Assembly (NCBI GenBank): GCA_902826885.1
Contig: CADEGL010000008.1
Span: 10,819-74,818, forward strand
Direction of reading: 5' to 3'
DNA from: an uncultured Alphaproteobacteria bacterium
GTDB taxonomy: Bacteria; Pseudomonadota; Alphaproteobacteria; CADEGL01
Length of the DNA: 64,000 bases
The translations under genes were made by a program, and so were the position numbers. The notes below the pieces were generated by a model that saw nothing but the letters and a program-made list of their open reading frames with translations, did no database searches and had not been told where the DNA came from. Of the stretch, positions 1 to 9,195 are shown one piece after another. Numbering within the stretch: position 1 is the first letter of the stretch; every line of letters starts with the position of its first letter.

Positions 1-698
1 CCAGCCAAATGCGCCTAGCCTATGTACGTACGGGCAACGCCGAGGTCGACTACACGAGTCGTACGGGCCTGCAAGGGCTGCGAAAAGCCCTGCAAGATCG
101 CACGTCCGTGGAACTCGGCGACTCCCTGGAAGTCGATATCGCAAGGGACGAACTGGCGTTTTTTCCGATCCTGTACTGGCCCTTGGGCCGCGCGCCCTTG
201 ACCTTAACGCCGGACACGATCTCTCGTGTGTACGCGTACATTCGTAATGGTGGCATGATTCTGTTCGACACGCAAAATCAAGGCGGCATCGGGGCATCCA
301 CCCCAGACGCCAGCGTGCCCGGGCTCCAGCGCTTCCTGAGCCGGCTGAATCTGGCCCCCTTGGTCCCCATACCGGCGGACCATGTGCTGGCCCGCTCCTT
401 CTATCTGCTGTCGGAGTTCCCTGGCCGCTGGAATGCCGGCACGGTCTATGTCGAAGCCAAGGGCGACGGCAAGGATGACGAGGCTGTTTCCTCCATCATT
501 CTGGGTGGCAACGACTGGGCCGCGGCCTGGGCCGTCGGCGACCAGGGCCAGCCGCTGTTCCCCGTGGTGCCCGGCGGCGAGCGGCAGCGCGAGATGGCCT
601 ACCGCTTCGGCGTCAACGTCGTGATGTACGCATTGACCGGCAACTACAAGTCGGACCAAGTCCACCTGCGCTTCATCCTGGAGCGCCTGGGACAATGA
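1..698 (+). CDS. C-terminal part of a DUF4159-like protein from a BatA/MoxR-type ('aerotolerance'-like) operon; the 5' end lies outside the window
   Basis: The frame is open to the window edge. C-terminal motifs include ...GGNDWAAAWAV... and ...ALTGNYKSDQVHL.... The stop overlaps the next start as ATGA (695-698). Confidence 0.55.
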   Translation, partial: SQMRLAYVRTGNAEVDYTSRTGLQGLRKALQDRTSVELGDSLEVDIARDELAFFPILYWPLGRAPLTLTPDTISRVYAYIRNGGMILFDTQNQGGIGASTPDASVPGLQRFLSRLNLAPLVPIPADHVLARSFYLLSEFPGRWNAGTVYVEAKGDGKDDEAVSSIILGGNDWAAAWAVGDQGQPLFPVVPGGERQREMAYRFGVNVVMYALTGNYKSDQVHLRFILERLGQ

Positions 699-2773
699 AC
701 GCCAACGTCGCCAACATCGTCTGGTCGCCATTGGTTCCGTGGGAATTCCTGACCGCGCTCGGCATCCTGGCGGCCTTGATCCTTGTCTACGGCGCGTTTC
801 GGCGGGCGCGGGGTGTGATCTGGCGCGCGCTTTCCATCGCCATTCTTCTAGCGGCGCTGTTCAACCCCTCCCTCGTCTATGAAGAGCGCGAACCGCAGAG
901 CGACATCGCCGTGATCGTGGTGGATGATTCGCCGAGCCAGCAGATCGGCGACCGACGACAGAAGCGGGACGCGGCCCTGGCATCCATCGAACGGCGGCTC
1001 AGGAGCGAGCCGAACCTGGAGATGCGCGTCATTCATGCCGGCGCCGCCGCGCGCGACGGTGCCGATGATCCCGGCACCCGCTTGTTCGAAGCGGTCAGCC
1101 GCGCCTTGGGCGACGTGCCGCGCGAGCGTCTGGCGGGCGTGATTTTGCTGACGGACGGCCAGGTGCACGACGCCGACACGGCGGAATCTCTCGGGCTCAA
1201 GGCGCCCGTCCACGCGCTTCTGACCGGCGCGCGGAATGAAGCGGACCGCCGGCTGGTGGTCCAGGCCGGCTCGCCCTACGCTATCGTCGGCAAACCAATC
1301 GAGATCAAGTTCCGCGTCGAGGACGCGCCCGGCGCCAAGGGTACCGCACGCGTCACCATCCGCCGCGATGGCAACCCCGCGCGGACCGTGACCGTGCCGG
1401 TCAACGGCGAGGGCAAAGCGGAGATCACGCTCAACCGTGCGGGTCCCACGGTCCTCGAGATCGAAGCCGAACCAGGCCCCGACGAATTGACCCTCGACAA
1501 CAACCGCGCCGTCCTCACGCTCAATGGCGTGCGCGACCGCCTCAAGGTTCTCTTGGTTTCGGGCGAGCCCCATCCCGGCGAGCGGACGTGGCGCACCTTT
1601 CTGAAGTCCGACCCCTCGGTCGACCTCGTGCACTTCACTATCCTTCGGCCGCCGGAGAAGCAGGACAACACGCCATTGAACGAGCTGGCGCTGATCACAT
1701 TCCCCGTGCGTGAGCTATTCGAGGTGAAACTGAACCAGTTCGACCTGGTCATCTTCGACCGCTATCGCCGGCGCGGCGTGCTGCCCGTCAGCTACTACGC
1801 CAACATTGCCGAGTATGTGCGCAAGGGCGGTGGATTGCTGCTCGCGGCGGGCCCGCCCGATGCGACGTCGTTGAGCGCGTTCCAAACGCCTCTGGGCGAG
1901 GTATTGCCGGCGCAACCGACTGGACAAGTGATCGAGACCGGCTACCGGCCTGCTTTGACCACGTCGGGCAAACGGCACCCGGTGACCGCCGAATTATCGG
2001 GCGCTCCCGAAGGTGGCGAGAAATGGGGCCGCTGGTTCCGGCAGATCGAGGCCACGGCCAAGGGCGGCACGGTTCTGATGGAAGGGCCCGGCAAGCGCCC
2101 GCTGCTCATCCTGGCACGAGAGGGCGAAGGGCGCGTGGCCGTTCTTTTGTCCGACCAGATCTGGCTATGGGCGCGCGGCTTTGAGGGCGGAGGGCCCGAG
2201 GCCGAATTGTTGCGGCGCATCTCGCATTGGCTGATGAAGGAGCCCGAGCTGGAGGAAAACGATCTGCGCGCCTCGGTGCGGGGCAACCGGCTCGAGGTGG
2301 TGCGGCGGTCCCTTGAGACCGGCAAGAAGAGTGTGACCGTGATTGCGCCCAGCGGAAAGGAAACGACACTGGACCTGACCGAAGAGGCCGCGGGCCGCGC
2401 CATCGGCAGCATGCCGATCGAGGGGCCCGGCCTCTATCGCGTGAAGGACAAGAACAAGATCGCCTTCGCCGCCGCGGGCGCGCCCAATCCCCTGGAAAGT
2501 TCGGACGTGCGGACGACCGACGCGAAACTGGCGCCCATTGCCCAAGCGACGGGCGGTGGCATCTTCTGGTTGGCCGACGGGCAGCCCGAGATCCGCCGCC
2601 AAGCCGCCGGCCGGCCTATGAAAGGTGCGGCAAACGATTCCTGGCTGGGACTTCAAGCCAACGAGAGCTTCGTCGTGATGGGCACACGGCGCGTGCCCCT
2701 CGCGCCCGCTTTCGCAGTCCTGGCCCTGGTGCTCCTCCCCCTGGCCTTCGGCTGGTGGCGCGAAGGCCGCTGA
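695..2773 (+). CDS. Large membrane-anchored protein (N-terminal double TM, C-terminal TM anchor), terminal gene of the BatA/DUF4159-type operon
   Basis: 692 aa. Hydrophobic helices at the N terminus (LVPWEFLTALGILAALILVYGAF) and C terminus (LAPAFAVLALVLLPLAFGWW). Translationally coupled to the upstream gene. Confidence 0.6.
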   Translation: MNANVANIVWSPLVPWEFLTALGILAALILVYGAFRRARGVIWRALSIAILLAALFNPSLVYEEREPQSDIAVIVVDDSPSQQIGDRRQKRDAALASIERRLRSEPNLEMRVIHAGAAARDGADDPGTRLFEAVSRALGDVPRERLAGVILLTDGQVHDADTAESLGLKAPVHALLTGARNEADRRLVVQAGSPYAIVGKPIEIKFRVEDAPGAKGTARVTIRRDGNPARTVTVPVNGEGKAEITLNRAGPTVLEIEAEPGPDELTLDNNRAVLTLNGVRDRLKVLLVSGEPHPGERTWRTFLKSDPSVDLVHFTILRPPEKQDNTPLNELALITFPVRELFEVKLNQFDLVIFDRYRRRGVLPVSYYANIAEYVRKGGGLLLAAGPPDATSLSAFQTPLGEVLPAQPTGQVIETGYRPALTTSGKRHPVTAELSGAPEGGEKWGRWFRQIEATAKGGTVLMEGPGKRPLLILAREGEGRVAVLLSDQIWLWARGFEGGGPEAELLRRISHWLMKEPELEENDLRASVRGNRLEVVRRSLETGKKSVTVIAPSGKETTLDLTEEAAGRAIGSMPIEGPGLYRVKDKNKIAFAAAGAPNPLESSDVRTTDAKLAPIAQATGGGIFWLADGQPEIRRQAAGRPMKGAANDSWLGLQANESFVVMGTRRVPLAPAFAVLALVLLPLAFGWWREGR

Positions 2774-2806
2774 CGCCTGCCAGTGGAAGACATGGACGCT
2801 CGAGTC

Positions 2807-2828
2807 AGCCCGCTCATGAAGAGCGGGT
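2807..2828 (+). terminator. Weak hairpin downstream of the membrane-protein gene
   Basis: agcccgctc-atgaa-gagcgggt gives a 7-8 bp stem. There is no U-run. Confidence 0.25.
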
Positions 2829-3136
2829 GTCGGGTCTATGTGTGAGCGGAAGCTCGCCCTCTACAAACTCAGGGTAGAGAGCCTTCTTAAATCCTCCTGC
2901 CCACCCCTCGTTGGGGACGGGAGTTAACAAAGATACACGCCCTGCCCCTTTTCTTCTTTCCATCCCTCCCCTTGAGGAAGGGGCAGGAAGAGGGTTTTAC
3001 CTCATGCGACGCCACCCCGAGCACCCCGAGGACTTTTGTTTCAAGTGATGAAGCATGAGGCACAAGATCTGGAGGGCCACCGCTCTCCGGCAGATTCGGA
3101 AGTGGATGTCAGCCGCCGCCGCCATCCATGCGCGCA

Positions 3137-3168
3137 AAAGAAAACCGGCCCTCCTTGCGGAGGGCCGG
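3137..3168 (-). terminator. Rho-independent terminator of the porin gene
   Basis: On the minus strand, ccggccctcc-gcaa-ggagggccgg (10-bp GC stem) is followed by TTTTCTTTT, directly downstream of the porin stop (3197). Confidence 0.6.
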
Positions 3169-3196
3169 CTCAGTCTCAAGTCCGTAGATTAGGCTA

Positions 3197-4609
3197 TTAG
3201 AAGTTGTACTGCATGCCGAGCTGCAGACGCTGGGCGGTGCCAGCCGTGTTGCCGCCGGGTGCCAACGCGTTACCCGCGCCGTTCGGCGTGTTGTGCGACG
3301 CCGCAACCTGACGCCAGCCCATCATGTATTCCAACCCGATGGAGACCTTGGAAACCGGGTTCCAGATCAGGTTGATGTGCGTCGTGACGATCTGGTCGGT
3401 CTGACCGTTCGCCGCCGAGCCGAGCAACGCAACCGGGATGTCCATGGTCTGCGCGCCGCCGATGATGTTGGAGCGCAGGTTGTCAGCCCAGTAGTGCGTG
3501 AACGAACCCCAGCCACCGAGCGCCGAGACCGGCGTGATGGTGTTGGCCGTCGCGGTCGGAGCCGCACCGGGGGTCGCACCGGTCACGTAGTAGTCTTCGG
3601 TCGAACCGTTCAGGTAGCGGCCGAGACCCTTACCGTAGTTGACAACGGCACCGATGGTGTCCTTGCCCCACAGCTTGACCGTGACACCGGCGTGACCGCC
3701 GCCGCCCCAGGTGTTGTCGTCGAAGTTGTTACCGCTGTTGTAGTTGAAGTTACGAGCAACGCCGGAGACGTTGATCGCACCCCAAGACGGGCGGTAGCGC
3801 AGAGCCACGACGAAGTCGGGCATCTGGTCGATACCGTTGACGTTCTGGGTCAGAGCGGCGTTCGTACCGGCAGCAACAGCGTTGTTCTGTTCCGGGTTTT
3901 CGATCGCGAAATCGGCCGACAAAGCATCCATGACGGAAGCCGTGTAGCGGATCTGCGTCTGACGGACGAATTCCTGACCGGCGGCGCCGTAGAAGTCCAC
4001 CGTGTCAAAGAACGTGTCCTGGTCCATGAAGGTCGACCAAGTCTGGCCGGCGAGGACCGGGCCCAACTGGCCATACGCATGACGGACGCGGAAGCTGTCC
4101 GAGTTCGACACGCGCTGGTTGCCGGCGGGACCGAAGAAGTCACCTTCAATGCGGGTCCGCAGGGAGCCCCAGTCCGTCGGCGTGCGCGAGTCGAAGCGCA
4201 GGCGAGACTGACGGGAATGCATGCGGAAGTCGCCGCCCTGGCTGTTGGCCGCGCTGCTCTTCAGCGGGATGGCCGTGACAGCGAACGAGTCGCCAATCGC
4301 GGTGCTCGGCGCGTTCATCGTGAAGAACGAGTCGGCCTTCACGTAACCGCTGAAGCTGATCGACGTGTCCGAACCGGGAAGCTTCCACGAGCCCGGGAAC
4401 TCGCCGCCCGTGACGGCCTGCGCGGGAGCCACCTGCTCCTTCTGGGCCTTCGTGGTCGACTGAGTCTCAAGCTGGTTCAGGCGGTTCTGAAGGGCATCGA
4501 TCTGCGCCTTCAGGTCCGCGTTGTCATCCGCAGCGAACGCGGGGCCAGCAAGCAGAGCAACTGCCGCGCCGGAACCGAGCAGTGCGGTCTTAAAAGTGGT
4601 GTTAATCAT
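3197..4609 (-). CDS. Outer-membrane porin with N-terminal signal peptide and coiled-coil segment (alphaproteobacterial porin type)
   Basis: The ATG at 4609 is preceded by the RBS GGAGAGGAGG. Signal peptide ...ALLAGPAFA. Coiled coil LKAQIDALQNRLNQLETQ. A long alternating beta-strand region ends in C-terminal ...QYNF (terminal Phe). Confidence 0.8.
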   Translation of the reverse strand: MINTTFKTALLGSGAAVALLAGPAFAADDNADLKAQIDALQNRLNQLETQSTTKAQKEQVAPAQAVTGGEFPGSWKLPGSDTSISFSGYVKADSFFTMNAPSTAIGDSFAVTAIPLKSSAANSQGGDFRMHSRQSRLRFDSRTPTDWGSLRTRIEGDFFGPAGNQRVSNSDSFRVRHAYGQLGPVLAGQTWSTFMDQDTFFDTVDFYGAAGQEFVRQTQIRYTASVMDALSADFAIENPEQNNAVAAGTNAALTQNVNGIDQMPDFVVALRYRPSWGAINVSGVARNFNYNSGNNFDDNTWGGGGHAGVTVKLWGKDTIGAVVNYGKGLGRYLNGSTEDYYVTGATPGAAPTATANTITPVSALGGWGSFTHYWADNLRSNIIGGAQTMDIPVALLGSAANGQTDQIVTTHINLIWNPVSKVSIGLEYMMGWRQVAASHNTPNGAGNALAPGGNTAGTAQRLQLGMQYNF

Positions 4610-5086
4610 CGAACCTCCTCTCCAAGAACGCATCGAAGTCCCTGACACGGTTAGCAATCGAAGCGTCTCGACGGCACTCGGCCTTTGTTTTTGGTACCGA
4701 GATTGGAGCTTTTTTGAGCCATTGGCGGCCAAACAGCAAGGCCGGAATATGGCGATTGTAACATTCTTTGGATGCCTGTGGCGCTTTCGCCACATGAGCC
4801 TAGGCCGCGTTTAGGGCCGGGCTCGGTCTCGCTGGATTCGCATTTTACAGGATTTCCGCCGGGCGCGAAGGGTTATGAATTTCGCAAAAAATAGTAGTGA
4901 GTCGTTTTGGCAACACAATTTCTAGTGGTTCACTTTGATTCAATGGCGAAACTTGGAACGATGTCGGCTTTCCTGCATGATCCGGCGCGCCGACGTGGCA
5001 GACCTATAATGGATTTTTATTCCTATTTTATCCAAGCCACAGTCGCGCCGTCCCTGACCCAACCGGACAAGACCTATATCTCGACT

Positions 5087-6175
5087 ATGGCCGATCCGCT
5101 TTCGCGAAATTTGACCAATGCCCTGGCCGTGGCGGCCCGCCATCATCACGAGGGGCGGCTGCGCGAGGCAGAGGTTATTTATAAAGACATTCTCCGAGAG
5201 ACTCCTGACCATGGCGAGGCGCTCCATCTTCTTGGCTTGGTCGCCTATCAAAGCGGGCGCCCCGACCAGGCCATCGCGCTGATCGGGAAGGCGCTTCTCG
5301 CGGACGACACCAACGCGGCCTATCACGACAATATCGGACTGGCCTACCGGGCGACGGGCAAGATCGAAGACGCCGTGAAGCACGCGCGGCGCGCGGCCGC
5401 GCTCGACCGCACCAATCCCGGCACGCAATTCAACTTGGCTTGCGCGCTCGACGCCGCCGGCCGCACCGACGAAGCGGTCAGTGCTTATCAACGCGCCCTC
5501 GCAGTCGTGCCGAACCACGCGGAAGCGCACAATGGCATCGCCAACGCCTTCATGCGCCTGGGGCGGACCGAGCAAGCCATCGGTCATTACAGGCGCGCGC
5601 TTTCCATCCGCGCCGGCTATGGCGAGGCGCATCACAACCTGGCCGGGGCACTCGCCCTACAGGGACGGCTTGACGAAGCCGCCAATCACTACCGCGCCGC
5701 GCTGGCAGCCGACCCGGCCGCCTCCGACACACAAACCGCGCTTGGCGCCATCCTCGTGCGTCTCGGCAAGATCGACGACGCGATCGCCGTTCTGGAGAAA
5801 GCCCATGCGGCCACGCCGGCCGACGCCGATGCCTTGTTTTTCCTGTCCGACGCGCTGCGCCGGAGCGGCCGCGCCGCGGAGGCGGTGATCCATTACCGCA
5901 AGCTGGCATCACTGCGCCCCGATCTGGTCGAGGCGCGCTGCAACCTGGGTAATCTTTTGTTGGAGACCGGCGAGATCGCGGAAGCGCGCGCCGCCTATGA
6001 CGCGGCGCTCGCGCGCCGGCCCTCGTTGGCCAATGCATTGGTGGGCATCGGCCGTTGCGAGGAGGCCGAGGGCCGCGGGGAATCAGCCGCCGATTGGTAC
6101 CGCAAGGCCCTCGAAGCGGCGCCCGGACACAAGCTGGCCAGCCAGTTGTTGACCGCCCTGGCCCCTCGCCATTAA
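5087..6175 (+). CDS. Tetratricopeptide-repeat (TPR) protein
   Basis: About 9 TPR units (e.g. AEAHNGIANAFMRLGRTEQAIGHYRRAL). The ORF-track start at 4907 is TTG and runs through an AT-rich stretch (ttttattcctatttta), so the ATG at 5087, in the same frame, is preferred. Confidence 0.65.
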   Translation: MADPLSRNLTNALAVAARHHHEGRLREAEVIYKDILRETPDHGEALHLLGLVAYQSGRPDQAIALIGKALLADDTNAAYHDNIGLAYRATGKIEDAVKHARRAAALDRTNPGTQFNLACALDAAGRTDEAVSAYQRALAVVPNHAEAHNGIANAFMRLGRTEQAIGHYRRALSIRAGYGEAHHNLAGALALQGRLDEAANHYRAALAADPAASDTQTALGAILVRLGKIDDAIAVLEKAHAATPADADALFFLSDALRRSGRAAEAVIHYRKLASLRPDLVEARCNLGNLLLETGEIAEARAAYDAALARRPSLANALVGIGRCEEAEGRGESAADWYRKALEAAPGHKLASQLLTALAPRH

Positions 6176-6223
6176 CTCCGCGCGCACCATGTTAGGCTGC
6201 GACCGACGGAAGGCGGGCAACCC

Positions 6224-8419
6224 GTGAACACGACTCCAAGCGCGACCGGAGCGGATGCCGACGCGATTTTCTCGGACGCGCTGGCGCACCATCAAGCCGG
6301 CCGGTTGCGTGAGGCCCAGGCGGGTTACCGCTCGGCGCTGCAAGCCAAGGCTGATCATGCGCCATCGCTTCACTATCTCGGCCTTCTGGCCCATCAAGTG
6401 GGCCAGAACGACCTGGCCGTCTCCCTGATCAGCCGTGCCGTGGCCGCCGATCGGGGCAACGCGCTTTACGCCTACAATCTGGGCGAAGCTTACCGGGCAC
6501 TGGAGAAATTCGAACAAGCCGTTGCGAACTATCGCCAGGCGCTGGCGCTCGATCCTGAACTGGCGGACGCTCATTTCGCGCTCGGCAACGCGCTGTACGA
6601 ACAGAAGCGGGTCGAGGAAGCCATCGCCGCCTACCGGCGCGCGGTCGAACTGACGCCCGACGACCCCGAGGCCTGGAGCAATCTCGGCAATGCTTTGATG
6701 GACCGGAAGGCCCAGGACGAGGCCGGCGAGTGCTACCGCCGCGCGATCAAGGCCGATCCGTCCTATCTGCCGGCCTACATCAACCTGGGCACTGTTTTGA
6801 TCGGCGCCAAGCGGCACGACGAGGCCGTCGCGCTGTTCCGCGGCGTACTCGCGCGCGACGAGCAAGTGCCGGAAGGTCATTACAACCTTGGCAATGCGCT
6901 GTTCGCCCTGCACAAGATCGACGAAGCCGTCGCCAGCTATCAGCGCGCGCTGAGTCTTCGTCCGGGCTTTGCCGAAGCTCATAACGCATTGGGCTTGGCG
7001 TTGCAGAAGCGCAACGATCCCTCTTCGGCAACCGAATCCTTCCTCAAGGCAATCGCGCTCAAGAAAGACTATGTCGAGGCGCACACCAACTTGGGTAGCG
7101 CTCTGGTCGACCTGCGCCGGTTCGACGACGCATTGGGTGCTTTGAACGAAGCGCTGCGTATCAACCCGAGCCACGCCGAGGCGCACAACCAGATCGCTAG
7201 TACCCTGTCCCTTATCGGTCGGATCGACGAGGCCATCGCCAGTGCCCGGCGCGCGCTCGACGCCAAACCAGACTTCGCGGAAGCGCACTACATGATGGGC
7301 GTCCTGGTCGAACAGCAGGGAAAGTTCGACGAGGCCGTGGAATGGCAGCGCAAGGCGCTGGCCCTGGATCCGACGCTGTCGGAAGCCCATTACCATATGA
7401 CATTGAGCGGCCGCGCGACGAAGGAAGGTACTGGCACGGCCGAAATGGAGCGATTGCTCGAAACGGGAAACCTGGACGGCCGCCAGCGCGCGAATTTGCA
7501 TTTCGCGCTGGGGAACGCGGCCGACCATGCGAGCGACTATGAGCGGGCGTTCGAACATTTCCGCGCGGCGAACGATCTTAAGAAAGCCGAAGCGTCGTTC
7601 GACGAAGGCGGCGTGGCTCCCTATGTCGATGCGTTGATCGACGCCTTCGATGCCGACTATTTCGCCGCGCGCCAGAATATCGGCAGCCACTCCGAGCTGC
7701 CCGTCTTCGTGCTGGGCATGCCGCGCTCGGGCACCACGCTGGCCGAGCAGATCATCGCCAGCCATCCGCGCGCGTTCGGCGCCGGCGAGCTGGAGCATAT
7801 GGGCCAACTCACCTCGAGCCTGCCCGAGTTGCTACAGACGCCGGTGCCCTATCCCAAGGCCGCCGAACTGATCGACGCCACCAACGCCAAACGCGTCGCG
7901 GACCATTATCTGACCGCCCTGCGCGAGCGGGCACCCAAGGCCGACCGCATCGTCGACAAGATGCCGCTCAATTTCCTGCGCGTGGGCCTGATCGCGGCGC
8001 TCCTGCCCAATGCCCGCATCATCCACACGCGCCGCGACCCCATGGACACTTGCGTGTCTTGTTACTTTCAGCATTTCGCGCGCGGCTTCCACTTTTCGTA
8101 CGACCTGGCCAATCTCGGCCTCTACTACCGCGAGTACGAGCGCCTAATGGCGCATTGGCACAAGGTTCTGCCCGGCCGCATCCTCGACGTGCAGTACGAA
8201 ACGCTGATTGCGGATCAAGAGGCCGGCATCCGCGAGATTATCGGCTTCTGCGGATTGGACTGGGATTCGCGCTGTCTCGCGTTTCACGAAACCGACCGGC
8301 AGGTACGGACGGCCAGCTTCTGGCAGGTGCGCCAACCGCTTTACGCCTCTTCGGTCGGCCGTTGGCGTCACTACGAAAAACATCTGGGACCGCTGAAGGC
8401 GGCGTTGGGCCGGACATGA
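6224..8419 (+). CDS. TPR-repeat protein fused to a C-terminal sulfotransferase-family domain
   Basis: The N-terminal ~400 aa are TPR units. The C-terminal region has a P-loop-like PAPS-binding 5'-PSB motif (VFVLGMPRSGTT) and IIHTRRDPMDTCVSCYF (3'-PB-like). GTG start. Confidence 0.85.
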   Translation: MNTTPSATGADADAIFSDALAHHQAGRLREAQAGYRSALQAKADHAPSLHYLGLLAHQVGQNDLAVSLISRAVAADRGNALYAYNLGEAYRALEKFEQAVANYRQALALDPELADAHFALGNALYEQKRVEEAIAAYRRAVELTPDDPEAWSNLGNALMDRKAQDEAGECYRRAIKADPSYLPAYINLGTVLIGAKRHDEAVALFRGVLARDEQVPEGHYNLGNALFALHKIDEAVASYQRALSLRPGFAEAHNALGLALQKRNDPSSATESFLKAIALKKDYVEAHTNLGSALVDLRRFDDALGALNEALRINPSHAEAHNQIASTLSLIGRIDEAIASARRALDAKPDFAEAHYMMGVLVEQQGKFDEAVEWQRKALALDPTLSEAHYHMTLSGRATKEGTGTAEMERLLETGNLDGRQRANLHFALGNAADHASDYERAFEHFRAANDLKKAEASFDEGGVAPYVDALIDAFDADYFAARQNIGSHSELPVFVLGMPRSGTTLAEQIIASHPRAFGAGELEHMGQLTSSLPELLQTPVPYPKAAELIDATNAKRVADHYLTALRERAPKADRIVDKMPLNFLRVGLIAALLPNARIIHTRRDPMDTCVSCYFQHFARGFHFSYDLANLGLYYREYERLMAHWHKVLPGRILDVQYETLIADQEAGIREIIGFCGLDWDSRCLAFHETDRQVRTASFWQVRQPLYASSVGRWRHYEKHLGPLKAALGRT

Positions 8420-9189
8420 TCGCGCGCGCCGCCACCATTTTTCTGGCCGCCCTCGCGCTTGCCGCCTGCGCGGGCGACGGAAAGCCGAAAAGCGATCCGC
8501 CCATGACGTTGAGCTACCGCTCGAACGCCGCGGCGGGAGCAGCGGGCACTTTCGAGAACTACCAGCAGGTGGTGCAGAAAACCGCCCCGTCCTATGTGCG
8601 CGTCAAGATCACGGACCCGAACGCCGGCAAGGACGCCTCGACGGATACCGTCAATGGTGCCAGCGGCGTGATCGTCGATCCGTCGGGCCTGGTGGTGACC
8701 GCCGCGCATATCGCGCTCGATACGAAGCTGGCCGTCCAGGTTGTGACGTTTGATGGCCAGTATCATAAAGGGACCATCCTGCGGGTGGATCGCAACCGCG
8801 AGTTGGCGTTGATCCGCATCGCGCCCTTTCTCGGCATCCAGGCGGCGCCGCTCGCGGATTCCGCCAAGCTGACCGTGGGCGAACCGGTGTTCGCCATCGG
8901 CACGCCCGACAACAAGCCCGGCGTCGTCTCGCTCGGCCAAGTGGTCGAGACCAAGCGCACGGAACGGCTGGAATATAACGGCTTCGGCTTCAACGACGCG
9001 GTCAAGCTGCGGATCGAGGTCGACCCCGGCAACTCCGGAGGTCCTGTGTATGACAGGCAGGGCCGCCTGATCGGCATCATCGCGGCCTTCGTGCTGGGCG
9101 ACACGGACTCGGCGAAGAACTACAAGCTCTCTTACTTGGCCTATGCGGTGCCGTCGAACGCCATCCGCGCCTACATGGGCAACCGCTGA
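8416..9189 (+). CDS. Trypsin-like (S1-type) serine protease domain lipoprotein
   Basis: The ATG overlaps the upstream stop (ATGA). Lipobox LAACAG. Catalytic-triad contexts VVTAAHIA (His) and DPGNSGGPVYD (Ser). Confidence 0.8.
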   Translation: MIARAATIFLAALALAACAGDGKPKSDPPMTLSYRSNAAAGAAGTFENYQQVVQKTAPSYVRVKITDPNAGKDASTDTVNGASGVIVDPSGLVVTAAHIALDTKLAVQVVTFDGQYHKGTILRVDRNRELALIRIAPFLGIQAAPLADSAKLTVGEPVFAIGTPDNKPGVVSLGQVVETKRTERLEYNGFGFNDAVKLRIEVDPGNSGGPVYDRQGRLIGIIAAFVLGDTDSAKNYKLSYLAYAVPSNAIRAYMGNR

Positions 9190-9195
9190 CACCGC

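Noticed and set aside
3293-4645. 450-aa ORF on the plus strand
   Set aside because: It is entirely antisense to the well-supported porin gene. It has Arg/Gly/Val-rich composition typical of spurious high-GC frames.
4907-5086. N-terminal extension of the first TPR protein from a TTG start
   Set aside because: The extension runs through an AT-rich tract (ttttattcctatttta) that is atypical for coding sequence in this genome. The TPR units begin right after the ATG at 5087.
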